From positions 1 through 42,187 of the forward strand of contig JAZDHC010000154.1 of assembly GCA_043806395.1 (NCBI GenBank): a stretch of 42,187 nucleotides of DNA, written 5' to 3'. The notes under the pieces are model-generated. The model was not told the DNA's origin. It did not search any database and saw only the letters and a list, made by a program, of their open reading frames with translations. Shown piece after piece: positions 1 through 7,400 of this stretch. Source of the stretch: Candidatus Desantisbacteria bacterium (GTDB lineage Bacteria; UBA9089; CG2-30-40-21). Every line of letters starts with the position of its first letter. Position 1 is the first letter of the stretch. The position numbers were made by a program, and so were the translations under genes.

Positions 1-90
1 GACACGAAGGCACGAAGGAAGACACAAAGGAAGATATTATTAGTGTTTTCTTAGTGTCTTGGTGTCTTCGTGGCAAATCTCCATCTTGCA
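1..90. repeat. Imperfect inverted repeat of CACGAAG/GACAC-type short units (REP-like family C)
   Basis: gacacgaaggcacgaaggaagacac ... gtgtcttggtgtcttcgtg are reverse complements. Related units recur at about 2786-2812, 15894-16061, 18815-18850, 36318-36352 and 41840-41870. Confidence 0.6.
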
Positions 91-145
91 CATTTAGTAG
101 CGGCGCCTGAGAGAACTCCACACTTTATTGAGCAATTACAATAGA

Positions 146-170
146 TGGAAGGCTAAAGCCTTCCGCTACA
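146..170. repeat. REP-like hairpin, family B (GGAAGGCTAAAGCCTTCC)
   Basis: Perfect stem ggaaggc/gccttcc. The same element recurs at 11508-11560, 26111-26165 and about 41927-41950. Confidence 0.8.
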
Positions 171-1115
171 ATGGAGGAAATTATGAGTGAGGTTAATAAA
201 AGAGAAGTTAAGCCATTTAGTTTTAAGGGTTCAGGACAGGTTCCAAAGACTCAGATTCAGGGTATTCAAGGTGTATATGAAGCCTATGCAGGCAAGCTTT
301 CTTCTTCTCTTTCAACAAGTTATAGGGTAAATATCTCAGCTCAGGTGCTTTCTGTAAATCAGAGTAACTTTGGTGATTTCAAAGAGACATTGCAGTCACC
401 ATCCATTATAGGCATTGTTGATATGTCTCCAATGAGGGGAGAGGCACTTCTTGAGGTTTCACCTAATCTGGTTTTTAATTTTATTGATCGTATGCTTGGT
501 GGCAGAGGTGAACTTATTTCCCTTACCAGACCGTTGACTGATATTGAGATGAAATTGGTTGAAGAGATATTGGGAGGATTTACCAGTGATCTCAAAGGCG
601 CACTTCGAGGTATTGTTACCACAAATGCGCGATTAGCCAATGTGCTTACAAATCCACGATTTATTCAGGGTACCTCTAATTCGGATATATGTATTTCAGG
701 AGCCATTGAGATTAAGGTGGGAGAGATAACCGGAATAATTAATCTTTGTGCACCTTCTTCAATCATAGAGGCTATCATGGAAGGGCTGTCAGGCGAAAAG
801 GCAACGACTGGCAGAAGAAAAAGCATTCAAAATCTTGTTACCTCGCCCGAGGATCAGGTTAAAACAAAGGAACTACTAAGGGATGTGGAATTCCCATTTG
901 TGGTTACATTGGGTCAGATAGATAGTAAAGCCAAGGATGTAATGAACCTTCAGGTTGGTGATGTTATCAGGCTCAATACAAGGGTTACGGATTATTTAAT
1001 AGCCACTGTTGGTGATATTCCTAAGTATAAATGTAAGCCTGGATTGGCTGGAAGCAGTCTGGCTGTAGAGATTGTAAAGGTGCTAAAAAAACAACCACCC
1101 ATAGAGGAGTGGTAA
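171..1115 (+). CDS. fliM: Flagellar motor switch protein FliM-like (CheC-like middle domain plus C-terminal SpoA/FliN-type domain)
   Basis: KPFSF...IQGIQGVYEAYAGKLSSSLS...FGDFKETLQSPSIIGIVDMSPMRGEALLEVSPNLVFNFIDRMLGGRGE follows the FliM core pattern. The C-terminus VTLGQIDSKAKDVMNLQVGDVIRLNT is SpoA-like. ATG 183 (MSEVNK) sits just after a GGAGG and may be the real start. Confidence 0.75.
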   Translation: MEEIMSEVNKREVKPFSFKGSGQVPKTQIQGIQGVYEAYAGKLSSSLSTSYRVNISAQVLSVNQSNFGDFKETLQSPSIIGIVDMSPMRGEALLEVSPNLVFNFIDRMLGGRGELISLTRPLTDIEMKLVEEILGGFTSDLKGALRGIVTTNARLANVLTNPRFIQGTSNSDICISGAIEIKVGEITGIINLCAPSSIIEAIMEGLSGEKATTGRRKSIQNLVTSPEDQVKTKELLRDVEFPFVVTLGQIDSKAKDVMNLQVGDVIRLNTRVTDYLIATVGDIPKYKCKPGLAGSSLAVEIVKVLKKQPPIEEW

Positions 1116-1140
1116 ATTCCCCTCGCTGAAAGGAAAAAGT

Positions 1141-2691
1141 ATGAAAAAATTACCAATAGGAATCCAGACATTTAGTGAAATAATTAGCAAAAATTATTGT
1201 TATGCAGATAAAACAGAGACAATATATAGGCTTATAAACAATGGTAAATACTTTTTTTTATCTCGTCCGAGAAGATTTGGGAAATCATTATTGATAAACA
1301 CAATAAAGGATTTATTTGAGGGCAAAAAGGAGCTTTTCAAGGGGCTATGGATAGAGGATGCATGGGATTGGGATGAAAAATATCCGGTAATAGCGATAAG
1401 TCTTGGTGGAGGGGTGGCAAGGAATAGAAATGAATTGGATATTATAGTAAAAAATCAATTTAAGAATATTTACGAAGATTATGGGATAAACGATTATGAA
1501 ATAACCTCAAGCAGCATTATGCTTTCAAATCTAATAAGAAAACTATACAAGGAATATAACAATCAGGTTGTAGTATTAATAGACGAATACGATAAGCCTA
1601 TATTAGATAACATTATAGATAGAGACAAAGCAACAGAAACGAGAGAATATTTAAGAGATTTATATTCAATATTAAAGGATAGTGATGCGTTCATTAAGTT
1701 TTGTTTCATAACAGGTGTATCAAGATTTTCTAAGGTATCATTATTCTCAGGGTTAAACAATCTATGGGATATAACGATAGATGAAAGATATGCAACAATC
1801 TGTGGCTACACTCAAAATAATTTAGAAACAGTATTTAAGGAATACTTAGAAGGAGTAGATTTAGAAAAGGTAAAACTGTGGTACAACGGATACTCATGGC
1901 TTGGGGAAAGTGTGTATAATCCATTTGACATTTTATTATTTTTAGGTAGTGCACAAAGAGAGTTTAGGAATTATTGGTTTGAGACCGGCAGCCCAACATT
2001 TTTATTAAAACTATTAAAAGATAGGAGATATTACATCCCAGAGCTTGAAGAGATAAGAGCAGGGGAGGAATTGATAGGTGCATTTGATGTAGATTTTATA
2101 GAACCAGCTGCATTGTTGTTTCAGACAGGATACCTGACGATAAAAGGTAAAAAGCAGATAGGAGCAAAGATAGAATATAGATTAACCTATCCAAACTTAG
2201 AGGTCAAAAGCTCCTTAAATAATTATTTGCTATTTTACCTGAATAAGGATGCCCAGACCAAAGAGAATACACAATCAAGGGTTTACGAGGCAATAGAGGA
2301 TTTAAATTTTGAATTACTAAAAGACACATTCTTTAGACTCTTTGCATCCATACCCTATGAATGGTACATAAAAAATGAATTGGACAAGTATGAAGGGTAT
2401 TATGCCTCAATATTCTATGCAGTCTTTGCCTCACTTGGATATGAACTATGCGTAGAAGAGTCTACCAATTATGGCAGAATAGATATGACGATAAAAACAG
2501 ATAAGGTGGTAATAATATTTGAGTTTAAGGTGGTGGATGATAAGGGTGATAAGAATACGGCATTGGAGCAGATAAAGAACAGGAAGTATTATGAGAAGTA
2601 TCTTAATTCAGGCAAGGGAATATATCTGGTAGGGATAGAATTTTCAAAACATGAAAGAAATATTGTTGGGTTTGATTGGGAAAAGGTGTAG
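1141..2691 (+). CDS. AAA-ATPase-like domain protein with C-terminal PD-(D/E)XK nuclease-type domain (PF09820/PF08011-like family)
   Basis: The N-terminus MKKLPIGIQTFSEII...YADKT...FFLSRPRRFGKSLL is the hallmark of this family. The C-terminus GRIDMTIKTDKVVIIFEFKV is PD-(D/E)XK-like. Confidence 0.75.
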   Translation: MKKLPIGIQTFSEIISKNYCYADKTETIYRLINNGKYFFLSRPRRFGKSLLINTIKDLFEGKKELFKGLWIEDAWDWDEKYPVIAISLGGGVARNRNELDIIVKNQFKNIYEDYGINDYEITSSSIMLSNLIRKLYKEYNNQVVVLIDEYDKPILDNIIDRDKATETREYLRDLYSILKDSDAFIKFCFITGVSRFSKVSLFSGLNNLWDITIDERYATICGYTQNNLETVFKEYLEGVDLEKVKLWYNGYSWLGESVYNPFDILLFLGSAQREFRNYWFETGSPTFLLKLLKDRRYYIPELEEIRAGEELIGAFDVDFIEPAALLFQTGYLTIKGKKQIGAKIEYRLTYPNLEVKSSLNNYLLFYLNKDAQTKENTQSRVYEAIEDLNFELLKDTFFRLFASIPYEWYIKNELDKYEGYYASIFYAVFASLGYELCVEESTNYGRIDMTIKTDKVVIIFEFKVVDDKGDKNTALEQIKNRKYYEKYLNSGKGIYLVGIEFSKHERNIVGFDWEKV

Positions 2692-2737
2692 AGATAAGGA
2701 AGATGCAAAGAACAGGTTGGGAAGTTGATAGGTTGAT

Positions 2738-2784
2738 GAGTTGATAGGTTGGAGGAACACAGATCCATAAACCTATCAACTCAT
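2738..2784. repeat. Hairpin (atgagttgataggtt / aacctatcaactcat) just after the stop of the 1141..2691 gene
   Basis: 15-bp perfect inverted repeat with no following T-tract. It looks REP-like rather than a clear terminator. Confidence 0.6.
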
Positions 2785-2861
2785 ATCTTCTCCGTGTCTC
2801 TGTGGTGAATTTAACTACCTGAGTAGTTAAATTCGGACAGGGATGCCCCCTGTTCCTACCA

Positions 2862-3038
2862 TCATCCAAATTTCAGGAAGGCCATAAGCCCACTCAGAAT
2901 AGCTACTATCCCTACCCCCATCCAAAGCATCCATTTGATTCGATTTCTGAGTAAGTCACAAATAGCTGTGGCTTCAGCCGATATCTTCGATGAAATTTCA
3001 TCACCATTTTGCTGGAATTCTTCTCCTGATGTGGTCAT
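2862..3038 (-). CDS. Possible 58-aa small protein with a C-terminal TM helix (below the ORF-track size cut-off)
   Basis: Hand translation: MTTSGEEFQQNGDEISSKISAEATAICDLLRNRIKWMLWMGVGIVAILSGLMAFLKFG*. A G-rich stretch lies upstream of the ATG. I recognise no family. Confidence 0.25.
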   Translation of the reverse strand: MTTSGEEFQQNGDEISSKISAEATAICDLLRNRIKWMLWMGVGIVAILSGLMAFLKFG

Positions 3039-3088
3039 GTTTCGCCACCCCCCATTACCTTAAAGAATACCATGAAATTATAGGGATG

Positions 3089-3409
3089 TCAAGAAAAATG
3101 TTGGGATAGGCTGGAAGCCTGTGCTACTATCAAATTGCATTGCCTGGCTTTGCGTCCACGGCCAGGCTTATCCTCAAATCCCTGGAAACCATTAGCAAGG
3201 AATTGAGTTACCCAATACCTGACTATGCGGCGATTTAATCCTATTACCCGAGCAGCTTCTGAGATACTTTTGGTCTGTGCTACCAAAAATACAGCCTTTG
3301 CCCGTCGCACTAATCCTGCCTTCATGTTCCTGTTCCTCATGTACCGCTGAAATTCCTGCTCCTGTCCATTTGTAAGTACAATCTGTAATGGTGTCTTTCG
3401 TCCTCGCAT
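3089..3409 (-). pseudogene. IS630-family transposase remnant (N-terminal HTH part only)
   Basis: LVRRAKAVFLVAQTKSISEAARVIGLNRRIVRYWVTQF...GFEDKPGRGRKA is the typical IS630/Tc1 N-terminal HTH region. The ORF ends after 106 aa with no DDE domain. Confidence 0.6.
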
Positions 3410-3434
3410 TTTAATTTTCCTCCCTGATTACAAT

Positions 3435-3487
3435 AAAAAAAAGGCTATGAGTTATACCCTGTCATCCTTGGATATAATCATAGCCTT
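3435..3487 (-). terminator. Rho-independent terminator
   Basis: On the minus strand, aaggctatga ... tcatagcctt forms a 10-bp stem with a partly paired interior, followed by TTTTTTTT. Confidence 0.55.
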
Positions 3488-3535
3488 ATAAGATGTGGGT
3501 ATCCCTTGATACCACATCCATTATTTAGTTGTCAA
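3435..3535 (-). ncRNA. Candidate sigma54-dependent small RNA (~100 nt, two hairpins plus a U-tract)
   Basis: It lies between a near-consensus -24/-12 promoter (3545-3562) and an intrinsic terminator (3441-3487 followed by 8 U). An internal hairpin gatgtggtatc/gatacccacatc spans 3492-3518. No ORF or RBS lies in between. Confidence 0.3.
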
Positions 3536-3544
3536 TAATTTAAT

Positions 3545-3562
3545 AAGCAATATTTGTGCCAG
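3545..3562 (-). promoter_or_regulatory. Sigma54 (-24/-12) promoter
   Basis: The minus strand reads CTGGCACAAATATTGCTT, which is TGGCAC-N5-TTGCT with exact GG-N10-GC spacing. Confidence 0.55.
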
Positions 3563-3688
3563 AATGCAGGGGGAAGGGACAGAGGGGTGCAGAAGGTACA
3601 GAAGGTGCAGAGGGTGCACAAGAAGAACAACCCCCTGACCCCTTCAAAGGGGGAATTTCCATCCCCTACCCTACCAGCGGGGGACATT

Positions 3689-3714
3689 GTAGGGGCGAAC
3701 CTATGTGTTCGCCC
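3689..3714. repeat. REP-like hairpin, family A (GTAGGGGCGAACCTATGTGTTCGCCC)
   Basis: 8-bp stem gggcgaac/gttcgccc. Copies or variants occur at 13371-13474 (x3), 19941-19966, 20083-20145 (pair), 21311-21336 and 42115-42174 (pair). Confidence 0.85.
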
Positions 3715-3766
3715 TCTTGGCCATAATTAATTGCATAGATCGTAAAAAAACTGATTTTGGACACTT

Positions 3767-3925
3767 ATTTCTCATCTCTGCCTGTGAGGAATGTATGCCT
3801 TATTTCTATTGTGTCTAATAATTGGACATAAGATGAGGATGCGCCAGATATGTTTTTAGCTGTAACATGTTATTAATTAATGGATTATGGTAATCTTCCC
3901 TACTGTACAAATATTGGACATAGGC
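3767..3925. promoter_or_regulatory. Putative enhancer (UAS) sites for a sigma54 activator
   Basis: TTGGACA (3767), the near-palindrome TGTCTAATAATTGGACA (3812-3828) and ATTGGACA (about 3914) lie 200-370 bp upstream of the 3545-3562 promoter. The same motif is found upstream of the 22501-22517 promoter. Confidence 0.35.
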
Positions 3926-4032
3926 GTACAACAATCTGTAATCAAGTATGGTGAGGGATGCTGTTACCCCTTGTTTTCATTATAGTTGCGTTGTTTTACG
4001 CTATGTGTGGAAAATGGACACTGCTCGTTTTA

Positions 4033-4417
<385 letters not shown>

Positions 4418-7400
4418 CTACCTTATCACCGCCAATTTACCATACCGTTTGCCCTGCGTATTACTGATCATGTACAGATAGACACCGCTGGCTACAGATT
4501 GTCCATCGCTATTTGTCAGGTCCCACTTTGCCTCTGTTGCCTTTGTGCCATCAACATCCGTGAGGGTTTGGACTAATTCACCGCTTAGGGTAAATATTTT
4601 GATTGTTGCCTTGCCAGAGAAATCAAACCGCATGTGCGAGAGCGTAGTTGGGTTTGGGTATATCTTCAGGTCGGCAAATCCTGGAATGCTTGATTTTTTG
4701 GCAATGCCATCAGCCTTAGCAATAATCTGGAAATGCCTGATATTGGATTCACCATCAATGGCTGATGAGTGATAGGTGCAACCTGTGCCTGCTCGCATAT
4801 CTATGGAAAGGCTTGTTTCTATATCCTTCAGACTTAACCCATACCCGGCTGGCAATTGCTCCTTATCCCAGCTAATGTTTACATCCCCGGAAAGGTTTGT
4901 CCTGATAGCAGCATCCCAGGCTATCACACCATCACCAACCTGTCGCATATCCCAGTCAAATCTGTCAAATATATCCTCCTCTGGATGGGTGAAGTACAGG
5001 CTGACAAATTTACCCTGCGGCTCTGGTGGCTCTGGTCTGTCATTCATATCAAGCCCGATGGATGAATCACGACTTATACCAAATCGAGGACAATAATTTG
5101 CCTTGTCCTCATATCCCCCGGCTGTAATGTGCAACCCAACTTGCCATGTATCAAGGGATACCACAACTGGTGATAACTGAAGGCTATTTGTGGTAGTGCT
5201 ACTGGCTGATATATTCGGCACAATCAACTGGCAATCACTCAATGCCGCAAACCAATATCCCTGCCATGGCTCAAGTCTGTTTGCCAACTGATAATTTCCA
5301 TCCACGAATCCATACAAGACATCCATGACCCAGCCAGAAGCCACTGCTTCCTTTAATCCCTTCCTCACCCCATCCTTTTGCACTGCAACCTTTGACCAAT
5401 CAGGGGTAAAATCAAACGGACAGCCGATCATGTTCCAGCCAGTCTGTAGGGGAATGGTAAATTCAGATGAGGATGATATCGCCCCTTCAGGTAAATCAAG
5501 ATTAATCGTTGCATCGTCCAGTAAGCCAAGCCAGTAGCCTTTGCCCAATCCCAACTTTGAGTAGACTTGAGTGTAGCCTGCCCGATTATATTCATAAATG
5601 TAGTTAGCTTTATCATAGCCCATCATCCCAAATACCGATGACTTGACTGGCATGGAGACCATGTGCCAGCCAGAGGAAAACCGCTGGCTGATTATCGGAG
5701 GCTTCACCGAGAGGCTGAATTGCCTCAAGCCATCGCTGTCAGACTTAAAAACCACAGGGGCAAGAGATCGGACAGGGACGAGTCCCCTGCTTTTGACAGA
5801 GGCAAGCTCTGTCCCTACACTTAGATTCCATGTTTGTCCACTTTCCGTATCCGTAAGCATTATTTCATATCCCTTTGTGTTACCCACAATATTTTCCATT
5901 GTCAGGGTAATCTCTGTCCCGGCTGGCATATTTGTCTGCACCTCAAATAAATACTGGTTATTCCCATACATCTGCCGCATATCCTGCATAAATTTGCCAA
6001 ACACCAGCCCCCACTCCGGATGTGGAAGGTATATCTGGATGTAGTTACCCTGTGATGGTGGTGGTGGCAAAGGCAGGTCATTCCATTGATCAAAGCCATC
6101 TGTTGATCCATAAGAATCAGCACCAAGCTGTATGCTTGCCAGCTGACCACCCACAGAGGCAGTTATGGGAAGCAACCACTGTCCATATTCCTCAATAGGT
6201 GAAATCACTCCATCATCTATGGGTAATATGGGAATACCACCCACAATTGTTTCATCTGAACCATCCACATTGTTGGTGCGATCATCTATGATAATCATGC
6301 CCATATCTGTTTGTTTGCCATTGCTTGCAGTGCCCTGTTTGGGTATTCCACCGGTCTGTATTTTATCGGTATCCATTGGGGTAGCAACTGTCGTACTTGT
6401 GGCAGAACCATTATCCTGGATTCCTGCCTTCGCAGGAATGACATTGGATTCTGTGGCAGAACCGTTATCCTGGATTCCTGCCTTCGCAGGAATGACATTG
6501 GGTTCTGTGGCAGAACCATTATCCTGGATTCCTGCCTTCGCAGGAATGACATTGGGTTCTGTGGTAGAACCATTATCCTGGATTCCTGCCTTCGCAGGAA
6601 TGACATTGGATTCATCCTGGATTCCTGCCTTCGCAGGAATGACATTGGGTTCTGTGGCAGAACCATTATTATTGGGTTCATCCTGGATTCCTGCCTTCGC
6701 AGGAATGACATTGGGTTCTGTGGCAGAACCATTATCCTGGATTCCTGCCTTCGCAGGAATGACATTGGATTCATCCTGGATTCCTGCCTTCGCAGGAATG
6801 ACATTGGGTTCATCCTGGATTCCTGCCTTCGCAGGAATGACATTACCTCTAACCCCTGCCAGCACCTTCAACCCCTGATAATCATCAGCCACAAACACAT
6901 AATCCCCCTGCATTGCCACGCCAAACGCCTTGCCACCTGTCTTATACGAGGATAGGAGGGTTGGCTGTGCCGGGTTGGAGACATCAAGTACGAATAATCC
7001 CGCTGCCTCACAAACCACAAAGGCTACATTGTCCCTGACCATCACATCCCAGGCAAAGCCATTGGTCTTATACGAGCCAGTCTTGACAGGCTTTGCTGGA
7101 TTAGATATGTCAATTATCTGTAATCCACCAGAATAGTCGGCAATATAGGCATATTTCCCAGAAAGCCAGATGTCATAGGCAGAGCCAGGGGTATCATATT
7201 GTCCCACCAATTTTGGACCATACGGATTGGAAACATCTATGACAACAAGTCCGCTACCATCATCTGCCACAAAGGCATACCCATCCCTGACACAAACCCC
7301 TCTGGAAATCCCATCCGTGTTATACTTGCCAATCTTTTTTGGTGTCTGTGGCTTAGAAATATCCACTATCTGTAACCCGGTCGCTCCTGCAGCTACATAG

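Noticed and set aside
2603-2869. 88-aa minus-strand ORF overlapping the 3' end of the AAA-ATPase-like gene
   Set aside because: It runs through REP-like hairpins (…TTETRRRYELIGL…) and overlaps a well-supported gene on the other strand.
6390-6850. Regularly spaced ~33-nt palindromic repeats that superficially resemble a CRISPR array
   Set aside because: The 'spacers' are absent or identical to one another. The units stay in frame within a 2346-aa ORF. There are no cas genes and no leader. This is a coding tandem repeat or REP array, not CRISPR.
6165-6955. Track ORFs 6165..6878 (+), 6311..6955 (+) and 6295..6843 (-), 182-237 aa
   Set aside because: They lie inside the giant CDS and are open only across the REP-like array (WIPAFAGMT / CLRRNDIGF / SFLRRQESR translations). 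These are repeat artefacts.
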